A stretch of 62,604 nt of DNA from the IMG/VR virus record IMGVR_UViG_3300027898_000008, positions 1 through 62,604 of that record. The stretch is one strand, 5' to 3'. Below, in pieces: positions 45,417 through 54,670 of this stretch; the first letter of the stretch is position 1, and every line of letters begins with the position of its first letter. A program made the position numbers and the translations under genes. Source of the DNA: a virus. Taxonomy: Duplodnaviria; Caudoviricetes. Below the pieces are notes generated by a model that was given only the letters and a program-made list of their open reading frames with translations, was not told the DNA's origin and did no database searches.

Positions 45417-45850
45417 TAGAAAGGCTCCTCGTCAAAGGCATACTGGGTTGGCTGAGCTGGCGCAGGCGCTCGGTAGGTTGAGGCGCCAGCAGCACGTTCA
45501 TTTTTGGTGATAACCGCTGTAGCAAAACGTAGCGATGGTCCTGCAAAATTGGCGACAATCTCTACGGCTGTTCCTTCGGTGCCATCATTACGCTGGTACT
45601 TTCGTACCTCTTGACGACCTTGTACGCCAACCATGTAGCCTTTGTTAATGCTGGTCGCAAGGTTTTCAGCCAACGAGCCAAAAGCCACTACATCATAGAA
45701 CGATGTGGTCTCTTTGTCTTCTTCGCCGTTCTTGCCCTTCACGCGGTAATTCTCCGCGATCCCAAACTTCAACACAGCTGCACCAGAGTTGGCAAACGTT
45801 AGCTCTGGCGTTCGTGTAACGTTACCTTCGATGAAAATTGAACTTGACAT
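45416..45850 (-). CDS. ssb: Single-stranded DNA-binding protein
   Basis: GNVTRTPEL, AFGSLAEN, GPSLRFATA, acidic EEPF tail. Confidence 0.95.
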   Translation of the reverse strand: MSSSIFIEGNVTRTPELTFANSGAAVLKFGIAENYRVKGKNGEEDKETTSFYDVVAFGSLAENLATSINKGYMVGVQGRQEVRKYQRNDGTEGTAVEIVANFAGPSLRFATAVITKNERAAGASTYRAPAPAQPTQYAFDEEPF

Positions 45851-45859
45851 TTTATGCTC

Positions 45860-46690
45860 CTATGACTGGCCCGCGAGGGACTTGAGTTTGGTGATGATTG
45901 GCTTGGCTTGGTCGAACGTAAGGCTTTCACCCACGGCCTTCCAGTTCATTCCGGTGTAGTCCATGTGAGTATTCTCTGCAATGAACTTGATAGTCTGAAT
46001 GTCGTCCCAGTTTGGCTGAAGGGTCTTGTGAGTAATAGCCCAAATCATACGGATCTGATTCTCACTAGCCATCTTGGCCCCGTTAACATTTGCTGGTGCG
46101 CTTCCAGCTGAAGCAATAGTTGTGCTCATTGCGGGTGTAGCAGCAGGTGCGGGTGTAGCAGCAGGTGCGGGCGCAGGCGCAGGGCGCGGGGCTGGCGCGG
46201 GAGCCGGGACTGAAGCAGCAACAGGAGTCGGGGCTGCAATTGGTTCGTTAGAAACCTTAGCCCCAACAGAGTCGGGGTCAGGGTCACCAGTGATGATGTG
46301 AAAAGTGTACTTGTACATGTACTTCTCCGCATAAGAGACAGCTGCACTCATGGCCTTGTCGTTAGGCGACTCGGCTTCACCCACCATAGTGACAACAACG
46401 TCGTCACCTTCAGGCCCGGTCAACGTGTAGTCAATAAGAACGGAAGCAAAATGAGTCCCACGTGTCAGTACGCCGCTTTCTACCTTTTCTGTATCCCACG
46501 ACTTGTACTCGCGCACTGCGGGCAAAATAGTTAGACCATGGCGAATCAACAATGGGGAGATCAAGGTTGTCATCTGATCAACACCAACCACTCGGTAAGC
46601 TCTGCCCTCTTCAGTGAAAATAGGCATGTCCCGCGTTACCACTCCGATGTCAGCCATTACGGCCAAAATCGTGTCATGTACTGTAGCCAC
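45860..46690 (-). CDS. ERF-family single-strand annealing protein
   Basis: GEAESPNDKAMSAAVSYAEKY...DPDPDS; Pro/Ala linker; GTG with AAAGGA RBS and TTGACA-17-TATCAT promoter. Confidence 0.8.
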   Translation of the reverse strand: MATVHDTILAVMADIGVVTRDMPIFTEEGRAYRVVGVDQMTTLISPLLIRHGLTILPAVREYKSWDTEKVESGVLTRGTHFASVLIDYTLTGPEGDDVVVTMVGEAESPNDKAMSAAVSYAEKYMYKYTFHIITGDPDPDSVGAKVSNEPIAAPTPVAASVPAPAPAPRPAPAPAPAATPAPAATPAMSTTIASAGSAPANVNGAKMASENQIRMIWAITHKTLQPNWDDIQTIKFIAENTHMDYTGMNWKAVGESLTFDQAKPIITKLKSLAGQS

Positions 46691-46746
46691 TCTAATCCTT
46701 TCGTTTGTTCTTGAACATGATATCATGGTTTAATACCGCTGTCAAG

Positions 46747-46998
46747 CTAATCTTCTTCTTCTTCGTAATCTTCTTCGTTCATGTCAGTAGTAGCATACTG
46801 AAACCCAGCCATGGTGGAAATAAGGATCTTACGGTCGTCTTCAAAAAGATTAAATTCATCAATTTCTTTGTCACTAACAATCCACACTGAAGCTTCCGCG
46901 TAATCGTATGAACCGTTTTCGTTAGGCTCGAGTACGACTACTTCGGCATTGGGTGGAACCGACATTAACATCTGAATCATCTGAACAGCAGTAGTCAT
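46747..46998 (-). CDS. Hypothetical acidic protein
   Basis: TAATG coupling. Confidence 0.6.
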   Translation of the reverse strand: MTTAVQMIQMLMSVPPNAEVVVLEPNENGSYDYAEASVWIVSDKEIDEFNLFEDDRKILISTMAGFQYATTDMNEEDYEEEED

Positions 46999-47186
46999 TA
47001 TAGGCTCCGGGGGGTAAAGGACTTGATCATGCCCTGAGTAATTTGCTCGTAGCATGTCGTTCCACCAGCATCCCTCTCATAGCACAAGCGGGCATTAACT
47101 AGAACGTTGCCAGCATACTTTCCTGTCACTGCAACGCCACCCGGTGCGGGGTCTGCCCCACACAATACGCATCGATGATCACTCAT
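46998..47186 (-). CDS. Hypothetical Cys-containing protein
   Basis: GGAGG RBS; CVLC...C...C. Confidence 0.6.
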   Translation of the reverse strand: MSDHRCVLCGADPAPGGVAVTGKYAGNVLVNARLCYERDAGGTTCYEQITQGMIKSFTPRSL

Positions 47187-47277
47187 CTTCTACCTCCAAA
47201 TCGGTTCGGTTGAGCCATAGCCCAAATGCTAAAGTCAAAATGATTACCACTAATGCTTCTGCAATTCTAATTGCCAT
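47179..47277 (-). CDS. Single-TM microprotein (32 aa)
   Basis: AGGAG RBS; MAIRIAEALVVIILTLAFGLWLNR... Confidence 0.5.
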   Translation of the reverse strand: MAIRIAEALVVIILTLAFGLWLNRTDLEVEDE

Positions 47278-47284
47278 TTCACTC

Positions 47285-48343
47285 CTACTTGATTAGAAGG
47301 GTACGCGACCCCGGTGTTTCACGTACAAACTGTGCGTATACTTCAGGCATTTCTGTTTCAAACCGTTTGGCATCAAATGTCTTTCGGTCTTGCCCCGCTC
47401 TAAAAGTAAGGAGAAGTTCACCATCGTACGTAGCTGATTCGGCATCGCCTAAAGCTGCAACAATCTTTGAACGTAGTTCTTTTTCATGTGCGGTAGCACG
47501 CTTTGTGGCATCCTTGGCAATGGTAAACTCTTCAATGAGTAAAGCGAACTCTGCAGTGCCATCAAACGTTTTTCCTTCAGAGTGGCGGGGAAATCTTGCG
47601 GCAAGCAATTCTTCCGTCGCATCAGAACCATCAATCTCAGGCTCGATCTTGAACGTAACAAGATCCCAAAATTGCTCTTCAGCAATCTTGATATCGTTTG
47701 CCGTATCATCATCCCACAAAATGTGGTCGTCGGGTCTTTTCCCCATTCCGCGAACGATGATAGTAGGATCTTGGCCTGGGGCAAAGCAAAGAAATGTGAC
47801 GTGATCAACATTAATACCGATTGATTGAAGGACAATGACGTAGTGATATCCTTGGACCATGTAAGATTCGGGAACTTTTCCCTTTTCCCATGCTTTACGA
47901 TTTCCCATGGTAGCAACACCGGTTGTCTTGCATTCAACGATGTCCAAGATTCCGGGTGGGGGGGTCAACTCCTTCCAGACGGTAACAACACCAGCAGGAA
48001 ATTGCTCGGATGGCTCAACCTCAACGTAGTCCAAGTTGGCGTACATGAAACTTGTTTCTTCGTCTCCGCTCCAAATCAATACAGGCCATTCTACAATCGC
48101 CTTGCCAGTGTCAGCTGCATACGCTTGGGCAATGATAGGCTCTAGAATGTGACCCCACTTGGTGGCCTCATTTCCCGTGAAGGATCGCTCAACGGTGTGA
48201 GTCTTTTCACTCCAAAGCTGGAAAGCGGAGTTATAGCGATTTACTCCTACAATTGTGCCCGCATCGGAGCCCCCAATTCCACCTTCACGAAGTTTTAGCC
48301 ACTCTTCCTGGGATTTATCCCATGTTGACACTATGTTAGTCAC
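47285..48343 (-). CDS. YqaJ-like viral recombinase exonuclease
   Basis: WLKLREGGIGGSDA, WGHILEP, ANLD, VECKT, YMVQ. Confidence 0.92.
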   Translation of the reverse strand: MTNIVSTWDKSQEEWLKLREGGIGGSDAGTIVGVNRYNSAFQLWSEKTHTVERSFTGNEATKWGHILEPIIAQAYAADTGKAIVEWPVLIWSGDEETSFMYANLDYVEVEPSEQFPAGVVTVWKELTPPPGILDIVECKTTGVATMGNRKAWEKGKVPESYMVQGYHYVIVLQSIGINVDHVTFLCFAPGQDPTIIVRGMGKRPDDHILWDDDTANDIKIAEEQFWDLVTFKIEPEIDGSDATEELLAARFPRHSEGKTFDGTAEFALLIEEFTIAKDATKRATAHEKELRSKIVAALGDAESATYDGELLLTFRAGQDRKTFDAKRFETEMPEVYAQFVRETPGSRTLLIK

Positions 48344-48566
48344 TTAGAACCCTCCTGTCATTGTAGCGCCTCATAGCACCTTCTCTCCTACATACTACAC
48401 ATTCTCGCCAGCCACGTCTAATAATTGTTGTCTCTTCTGAATATACATGGCCGTTATTGCACTCCGTCTTTTTGGAATTTACTCCAGAAGCACCAAGTCC
48501 ACGAAGAAGATTTTCTTTTTGAGTCACAGCCTCAATAACAACTGGCTTCTTGCGATACTTGGTCAT
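48336..48566 (-). CDS. Chimeric ORF: KYRKKPVVIEAV N-terminus fused to the C-terminal half of an HNH endonuclease
   Basis: MTKYRKKPVVIEAV|TQKENLLRG...KTECNNGHVY...RECVVC. Confidence 0.6.
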   Translation of the reverse strand: MTKYRKKPVVIEAVTQKENLLRGLGASGVNSKKTECNNGHVYSEETTIIRRGWRECVVCRREGAMRRYNDRRVLSD

Positions 48567-48793
48567 TACCTACCTTTCTTAACTCTGATCGATCTGGCCA
48601 CACCTTCATCGAAGGATACTCGCCCTCCATCGCGGAGGTTCTTGCACACAGCATACACGGTCCCAAGAGGAATACCAGTAATTTCTTGAAGGTTTCTGTA
48701 ACTAGGCCCGTACGTGTGCTCCTCATACCAGCTAGCAATAGCGTCGATGATTGACTCTTCGTTCTCCTTCTTCTTACTCAGGAACTTGGACAT
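48566..48793 (-). CDS. LexA-like DNA-binding domain only (75 aa)
   Basis: YGPSYRNLQEITG...TV...L...G...GVARSIRV; ATG 48793 with AAGGAG RBS. Confidence 0.8.
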   Translation of the reverse strand: MSKFLSKKKENEESIIDAIASWYEEHTYGPSYRNLQEITGIPLGTVYAVCKNLRDGGRVSFDEGVARSIRVKKGR

Positions 48794-49787
48794 CAATGGT
48801 CTCCTTAACTCGAGATAGAATCTCGTCATACATGATCGGATTGTCAACAAGGAATGCAATAGCCTTAGGTCTACCTTGACCGATCTGCTCGCCCTCATAA
48901 TTGTACCAAGCGCCAGACTTCTTGATGATTCCCATCTCAGTGGCAACGTCCACCAAGCAGTTCTCTTTAGGAACTCCTTGACCGTAAATGATGTCGAATT
49001 CTGCAACCTTGTAAGCGGGCGCAACCTTGTTCTTTACCACCTTGATCTTTGTGCGGTTGCCGATTACGTCATCACCATCTTTGATTTGTTCTCCGCGACG
49101 GATGTCCATGCGAACAGATGAGTAGAACTTCAAGGCACGTCCACCACTGGTAGTTTCCGGCGAACCATAGACGACACCGATCTTGTCGCGGATCTGATTG
49201 ATGAAGAATACTGTTGTGCCTGACTTGGACGCAGATCCGACGATACGACGCAGACCTTGGCTTAAAAGACGAGCAACCAAACCAATGTGGTTTTCACCAA
49301 TCTCTCCCTCCAAAGACGCGCGCGGCTCCATAACAGATACGGAGTCAACGATGATGACCCCCACCTTGCCACTCTCGCATAGCATGTTCACGATAGACAA
49401 AACTTGCTCGGCTGTTTCTGGTTGCGACAAGAGAAGGTTGTCAACGTCCACGCCCACTGCACGCATGTACTCAGGGTCCAAAGCGTACTCGATGTCAACG
49501 TATGCAGCGACAAGTCCAGCGGCTTGGGCGGCGGCAACTACGTGCAAAGCAACGGTTGATTTACCAGATGATTCGGGTCCGTAAATTTCTACGATACGCC
49601 CCTTTGGAAGGCCACCAATGCCCAAAGCCAGGTCTAGGGGAAGAATATCGCTGGGGTTAGCTTCAACCCTCGCTATGTCAGTGTCCCCCATACGCATGAT
49701 GGTCTCGGCACCAAACAATTCCTTGATCTCCGTTAGCGTTGCCTCGAGAGAGGCATCCTTGGACGACGTTCGTTTCTTAGTGGCCAT
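48774..49787 (-). CDS. recA: RecA recombinase
   Basis: GPESSGKST, IIVDSV, FINQIRDKIG, ETTSGGRALKFY, KVVKNKVAP. Confidence 0.98.
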   Translation of the reverse strand: MATKKRTSSKDASLEATLTEIKELFGAETIMRMGDTDIARVEANPSDILPLDLALGIGGLPKGRIVEIYGPESSGKSTVALHVVAAAQAAGLVAAYVDIEYALDPEYMRAVGVDVDNLLLSQPETAEQVLSIVNMLCESGKVGVIIVDSVSVMEPRASLEGEIGENHIGLVARLLSQGLRRIVGSASKSGTTVFFINQIRDKIGVVYGSPETTSGGRALKFYSSVRMDIRRGEQIKDGDDVIGNRTKIKVVKNKVAPAYKVAEFDIIYGQGVPKENCLVDVATEMGIIKKSGAWYNYEGEQIGQGRPKAIAFLVDNPIMYDEILSRVKETIDVQVPE

Positions 49788-49813
49788 CGGCACTCCTTAA
49801 TAGATCTGAACCA

Positions 49814-49874
49814 ATGTTAGCACATACGGTCTTCTCCTGTCAAGCTTGACTTCTACATAATTGTCCTGTACAAT
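49814..49874. promoter_or_regulatory. Back-to-back divergent promoters (recA operon / helicase operon)
   Basis: Minus TTGACA-18-TAACAT; plus TTGACT-17-TACAAT-6 nt-ATG(49881); -35 boxes form palindrome GTCAAGCTTGAC. Confidence 0.8.
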
Positions 49875-49880
49875 GGCTCA

Positions 49881-51719
49881 ATGGCTATCACTTCCCCCGC
49901 ATCATATTCCGCATGGGTTGACCGTGACGAGATCCTAATCAAGTATAAATTTGACAAAGATTACGTTAACGATTGCCGTGCCATTCGAAGCCGTCGATGG
50001 GACGGAACGTTAAATCACTTCTCAGTGAACGATGCTCATCACGTCCGCGAGCTGACCCGCAAATGGGGGATACCCATTTCTTTGGACATTGAGAACCTTC
50101 CCACTTTTAACGACCCCCTAGACCCCGTTGCTCTTGAAGCCACTAAAGCTCAGAAAGATAACGCTCGGGAACTTTACGAACAATCAACGATGTTGGAATG
50201 GCCTGAGTTTGAGATCCCCGGCCTCGTAAAACCCCTTCACCCTTACCAGCGTGCTGGTGTTGCCTACATGCAACGTGTGCGTCGATGCATCTTGGGAGAC
50301 CAGATGGGTCTTGGAAAGACTACCCAAGCTATTTCCACAGTTGTTCTAGATCAATCGTTACCGGTTGTCATTGCCAGCAAAAACCGATTGAAAGAAACAA
50401 TTCGTGAAGACATCCTTTCTTTCTATCCCAACCTCAAAATTTCTGTCGTCAATGGGGGTGCGCTTAAAGACATTCCAAAATCTGATGTGATCATTGTCAA
50501 TTATGACATTGTTTCGCAAAGACTTCCCGACATTTTTAATCACGGGTTCAATTCTCTCATTGTTGACGAATCGCACTACATCAAGAATGGAAAGCGCATT
50601 TCTCGATGCCCTATTTGCAGCAACAAGCTTCGTGCAATTAACTCTGTGAATTGCCCCTCTTGCGGGGCGAGGGGAATCAAACCTAAATCACGTTGGTCTG
50701 TGCGTCGAACTGATGCAGTAATGCAATTAGCTCACTCTCTTCCTGACAACAACCTCATTATGCTTCTCACTGGTACGGCAATTAACATACGTCCGGGGGA
50801 GCTGGTTCGCCAGTTGGAGTGCATTAACCGTCTTAAGGTGTTCGGTGGCGAGTGGAAATTTCGCCAGCGTTATTGCCCTGACAACAAGACTGCTCAGAAT
50901 CTTAAAGAACTCAACACAAAACTCCGCGAAAATTGCTATGTTCGCCGTCGCACCCGTGACGTTTATGGACAGCTCCCTCCAGTGCAGAACTCAATCCAAA
51001 GAATGATTCTTTCAAAGGAACAGAGGGCTCGCTACAAAGAAATCGAAGACGATGTAGTTCATTACTTGTCAAACAAAGCTCGTCAACGTGCCATAGATGT
51101 TGGAGAGCATGGGCACACCGCGTACTGGAACAAACGCCGCGCTGTTGAGCGTGCTGAAGCACTCATTCGAGTTAACGTTCTTCGATCCGTCATTGCGGAA
51201 ATAAAGATGGAAGCGATGCAAGACTGGATTAATAACTTCTTGGAATCGGGTGATGAGAAGATGGTGGTATTCGCTAACAAGATCAGTGTTGTCGATGGTA
51301 TCTACGAAGCGCACCGTGATGTTGCTGTCAAGGTCCGGGGAGATGTCACCAATAAAGACGCTCTAGCTGCAACTCATTCATTTCAAGAAGAGGACTGGTG
51401 CAGAATGTGGGTAGCCAACTTGCAATCTGGCAAGGAAGGATTTACACTAACTGAGTCGAAGCATGTGGTATTCTGTGAGCCTGAGTGGTCACCGACATAT
51501 CACGCTCAGGGTGTTGGTCGCGTCTACGGTCGTGCCAATAACCCTCACGGCGCAACTGCTTACTGGTTGCTCGCGGAAGACACAATTGACTTTGACATGT
51601 ACGAGCTACTTCAAGAGCGTCAGGTCGTGATCGATGCAGTGCTGGACGGCGAAGAGGATACCGCCGAACAGGAGTCAATGCAGAATGCACTTATCGAACT
51701 ATTAGAAAAGAGGAACTAG
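49881..51719 (+). CDS. SNF2/HARP-like SF2 helicase with zinc-ribbon insertion
   Basis: DQMGLGKT, VDESH, LLTGT, QGVGRVYG; CPIC...CPSC after Walker B. Confidence 0.92.
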   Translation: MAITSPASYSAWVDRDEILIKYKFDKDYVNDCRAIRSRRWDGTLNHFSVNDAHHVRELTRKWGIPISLDIENLPTFNDPLDPVALEATKAQKDNARELYEQSTMLEWPEFEIPGLVKPLHPYQRAGVAYMQRVRRCILGDQMGLGKTTQAISTVVLDQSLPVVIASKNRLKETIREDILSFYPNLKISVVNGGALKDIPKSDVIIVNYDIVSQRLPDIFNHGFNSLIVDESHYIKNGKRISRCPICSNKLRAINSVNCPSCGARGIKPKSRWSVRRTDAVMQLAHSLPDNNLIMLLTGTAINIRPGELVRQLECINRLKVFGGEWKFRQRYCPDNKTAQNLKELNTKLRENCYVRRRTRDVYGQLPPVQNSIQRMILSKEQRARYKEIEDDVVHYLSNKARQRAIDVGEHGHTAYWNKRRAVERAEALIRVNVLRSVIAEIKMEAMQDWINNFLESGDEKMVVFANKISVVDGIYEAHRDVAVKVRGDVTNKDALAATHSFQEEDWCRMWVANLQSGKEGFTLTESKHVVFCEPEWSPTYHAQGVGRVYGRANNPHGATAYWLLAEDTIDFDMYELLQERQVVIDAVLDGEEDTAEQESMQNALIELLEKRN

Positions 51720-51860
51720 ATGTACGGTTTCAGTCGTAGAAGTCTCACCAGACGAGCTGTAAGGGGTCTAATAGGCCCGCAAAAGCGAAGCAGGGGGGCA
51801 AGGGTGGTAGTGGACATTGCGGGCCGTACGGCTCAATACAAGAGCTTGGGTGGTAAGTAG
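51720..51860 (+). CDS. Small basic protein (46 aa)
   Basis: Exactly fills the gap between helicase and initiator; GAGGA upstream. Confidence 0.45.
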   Translation: MYGFSRRSLTRRAVRGLIGPQKRSRGARVVVDIAGRTAQYKSLGGK

Positions 51861-52781
51861 ATGAGCATTTATGTAATGATGACAGTGTTTGAGACAACAA
51901 AACTTACATCATCTGAGAAGCTAGTGGCTCTTTCTTTAGCAGACAACGCCCGCGATGATGGTGGCTCTGTGTACCCCGGAATTTCCACAACTTCTGACAA
52001 GACTGCTTTGTCGGAAAGAACTGTTCAGAGGATTCTAAGATCACTAGAGGAAAAGGGAGTTCTTGCCGTACAAAAACAATCGACAAACAATTTTCCTACG
52101 GTTTACAAATTCCTTCTTTCCGATGACCGTAAGCACCTTGCTGTTGATGATCCTAGGGGTGACGTGGTGACGCCCCCAGATAGTTTAGGGGTGACATTGA
52201 CGACAGTTGGGGGTGACATTGACGACAGTTGGGGGTGTCATGGTGTCACCCAAAACATTAATAAACCATCAATAGAACCAACTACATCAACTGGCGTTGA
52301 TGCACCCGTCTCCTCGAGAGCTAAAAACGATTACTCCGAGGACTTCGAAAAGTTCTGGTCGCTTTATCCTCGAAAGAAGATGAAGCAGGTTGCTTTTGAC
52401 AAGTTTAAGTCCCGTTTGCGAGCAGGTGATTCCATCGAAGAGATCTTTGCGGCGACCAAGCGGTATTTCATGCAATGTAAGGACAACGGTACGGAGGAAG
52501 AGTTTATTTTACACCCCGCCACGTTCTTGGCTAAGGATCGTTGGAAAGAATACCTGCCCGCATCAGAGGTTATGGACTGTGAAACGATGTTTGAGGCAAT
52601 GGCTTACGATGCTTACGATGCGGACCAAGAGTGGTACGATTCGAAGTCGGGGGAGACGACACTTGACAACCCAGCTATGAGAGGCTACAATAGGCCTGTG
52701 AACTCCGAGGGTCAGATGATCGACCAAGATGGGTTATCTTACAAGTTGGATGCACAAGGCACCCGACACTACATCGATTAG
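51861..52781 (+). CDS. Replication initiator (lambda O-like, N-terminal winged HTH)
   Basis: KLVALSLADNA...YPGI...LSERTVQRILRSLEEKG; FEKFWSLYPRK; HPATFL; internal iterons. Confidence 0.88.
   Translation: MSIYVMMTVFETTKLTSSEKLVALSLADNARDDGGSVYPGISTTSDKTALSERTVQRILRSLEEKGVLAVQKQSTNNFPTVYKFLLSDDRKHLAVDDPRGDVVTPPDSLGVTLTTVGGDIDDSWGCHGVTQNINKPSIEPTTSTGVDAPVSSRAKNDYSEDFEKFWSLYPRKKMKQVAFDKFKSRLRAGDSIEEIFAATKRYFMQCKDNGTEEEFILHPATFLAKDRWKEYLPASEVMDCETMFEAMAYDAYDADQEWYDSKSGETTLDNPAMRGYNRPVNSEGQMIDQDGLSYKLDAQGTRHYID
52155..52280 (+). repeat. Iteron array and A-rich tract: probable replication origin
   Basis: Two near-identical 22-nt units RGGGGTGACATTGACGACAGTT (52187-52230) flanked by degenerate GGGGTGAC/GGGGTGTC copies, then CAAAACATTAATAAACC. 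Confidence 0.8.
52663..52691 (+). promoter_or_regulatory. Internal sigma70-type promoter in the initiator gene
   Basis: TTGACA-17 nt-TACAAT. Confidence 0.7.
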
Positions 52782-52788
52782 GAGAGAC

Positions 52789-53046
52789 ATGAATACATTC
52801 TGGCTAGCGTTCGGCATATTCTGGACCATGATGGGTCTTGTTCTTGTTTTTGCCGGTATCGTTACGCGGGACAAGAGACCAAAGAATGTAAACGACATCA
52901 TCGATGCAGCTTTTGATCCTGACGTTGAAGATATGCTTGAGTCAATTCGCCAAGGGATGTACGGAAGCGGTGAATTGCCTAATTCAAATGCCGAGTTGGC
53001 ACAATTAGCCTATGAGTTTTTGACTGAATGGGCGATGAGAGGTTGA
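52789..53046 (+). CDS. Single-TM membrane protein
   Basis: AGGAG RBS; N-terminal hydrophobic helix. Confidence 0.7.
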   Translation: MNTFWLAFGIFWTMMGLVLVFAGIVTRDKRPKNVNDIIDAAFDPDVEDMLESIRQGMYGSGELPNSNAELAQLAYEFLTEWAMRG

Positions 53047-53243
53047 GGGTCTGGATAGACAAAGATCTTTGTACCGGGGACGGCATTTGTGAGCAATTGT
53101 GCCCTTCCGTTTTCATCATTGCTGACGATGGGCTGGCATACGTTATAGAAGGAAGCAGCGTGAACGAAAAAAACATCAATCAAGTTGATGAAGCCATCGA
53201 GAAGTGTCCTGGCGAGTGTATTTTTTTGGATAGCGATGGGTAA
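53028..53243 (+). CDS. fdx: Monocluster ferredoxin (CxxDxxC...CP)
   Basis: VWIDKDLCTGDGICEQLCPSVF...AIEKCPGECI. Confidence 0.9.
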   Translation: MGDERLRVWIDKDLCTGDGICEQLCPSVFIIADDGLAYVIEGSSVNEKNINQVDEAIEKCPGECIFLDSDG

Positions 53244-53442
53244 AAATACACGTAAACCAAAGATTAATGGTGTGCCTGTAGTAAACGCTCGCTTTGAATG
53301 CGGCTGGCATGATCCCGTGTTGCGCGGGCCACTCAGACGTGGTAAGGTAGAAGTGGCACACGAACAAGCACGTAAGGACTGGGAAAGCCATAACCTTGCT
53401 GTGCACAATAACCGATTAGGAGAATTGGAAGACCTTGATTAA
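53236..53442 (+). CDS. Hypothetical protein
   Basis: Overlaps both neighbours in operon style. Confidence 0.55.
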   Translation: MGKNTRKPKINGVPVVNARFECGWHDPVLRGPLRRGKVEVAHEQARKDWESHNLAVHNNRLGELEDLD

Positions 53443-54670
53443 TCTTTATGACCAATCAGCAGAAGAGTCTGTCCTGGGAGCAATGCTTCTCCGCAGGGAA
53501 GCCGTCATGGAAGCCATTGATATTGTAGAAGCATCAGATTTTTACAATCCAAGTCACGCTTCGATCTTTCAAGCTATGGAAGATTTGTTTGCTGAAGGCA
53601 CTGTTATTGACTACACTACCGTTGCATCCAAGGTCGGCGGGGAAGACATTATCAGCAGGCTATCTAATATGCAGATGAATACCCCGAGCGCTGGTACTAA
53701 CGCCGTAACTGCGTATGCACGTATTGTTTATGACAAAGCAATCGCTCGAAAGATCTTTCGTCAGATTGAAGAAGCTCGAGAGGGTATCATTAATGGAGAC
53801 GACCCATACCAGTTGTCAGATGACCTTGAGCACGCTCTTACTACCATGGGTTCAGCTCATGCCAATGAGATCGAGTCAGTGACATTGGACGAACTCCAAG
53901 CCACCGTGACAGACCTAGAGGATGACGTAATCATTCCCGGTATGTTGAACCGTGAGTGGAGAACTATCATTGTTGCGCCTGAAGGCATGGGCAAGTCAAC
54001 CATCCTGCGTGCCATTTCCATCACTTCGTCTCAAGGCCTTCACCCATTTTCTCACCGCGACATCAAGCCAATCCGTGTTCTCATTGTGGACCTCGAGAAC
54101 CCTAAGGAGGCAATTCTCGAGACGGGTATGGAGCTGATGAAATACGTGAAGATGTGGTCTAAGGATTATGATCCCTCGCGCTTGCGTATTTTCCGACGAC
54201 CTGCTGGGATCGATCTGCGTAGGGCTAAAGATCGCGCGGACTTGCGACGAGAGATAGGTTTCCACAAGCCTGACCTAGTGTGCATTGGCCCCGTTATTAA
54301 GATGTATCAGAAGAAGGGTGGGGAGTCCTACGAAGATTCAGCTGATGCAGCGATGGCTGAGTTAGACCAGTTGCGTACTCGATACGGCTTTGCACTTCTT
54401 CTTGAACACCACGCGGCCAAGGGGAGCAAGGGAGAGCGTGACATGACGCCGTTTGGCTCTCAGCGATGGATGAGTTGGCCTGATGCAGGTAAGGGTCTTT
54501 ATCCCAACAAGGATGACCCTACCCGTATGCGCGTTGACACTTTCCGTGGTGACCGTCTTCGGGGAATTGCTTGGCCTGATGAGATCATTCGTGATAAGCA
54601 GTGGCTTATTACAGGACGATGGACTAATGGGATACCTGAAGGTATCGGACAGCCGGGGAGACAAAAATGA
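53435..54670 (+). CDS. DnaB-like replicative helicase (DnaB N-domain + RecA-like ATPase)
   Basis: AEESVLGAMLL...DFYNPSH; APEGMGKST; VDLEN; LLEHH; PFGS. Confidence 0.9.
   Translation: MINLYDQSAEESVLGAMLLRREAVMEAIDIVEASDFYNPSHASIFQAMEDLFAEGTVIDYTTVASKVGGEDIISRLSNMQMNTPSAGTNAVTAYARIVYDKAIARKIFRQIEEAREGIINGDDPYQLSDDLEHALTTMGSAHANEIESVTLDELQATVTDLEDDVIIPGMLNREWRTIIVAPEGMGKSTILRAISITSSQGLHPFSHRDIKPIRVLIVDLENPKEAILETGMELMKYVKMWSKDYDPSRLRIFRRPAGIDLRRAKDRADLRREIGFHKPDLVCIGPVIKMYQKKGGESYEDSADAAMAELDQLRTRYGFALLLEHHAAKGSKGERDMTPFGSQRWMSWPDAGKGLYPNKDDPTRMRVDTFRGDRLRGIAWPDEIIRDKQWLITGRWTNGIPEGIGQPGRQK

Noticed and set aside
46131-46210. 18-nt tandem repeat GCGGGTGTAGCAGCAGGT
   Set aside because: Encodes the Pro/Ala linker of the ERF protein
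48794-49024. N-terminal extension of ORF 48566-49024
   Set aside because: Overlaps recA out of frame; the RBS supports a start at 48793
52187-52251. CRISPR-like repeats
   Set aside because: Tandem units without spacers, inside a coding gene; better explained as iterons
5708-54670. Inteins or introns in TerL, RecA and helicases
   Set aside because: Lengths are normal and no splicing motifs were seen
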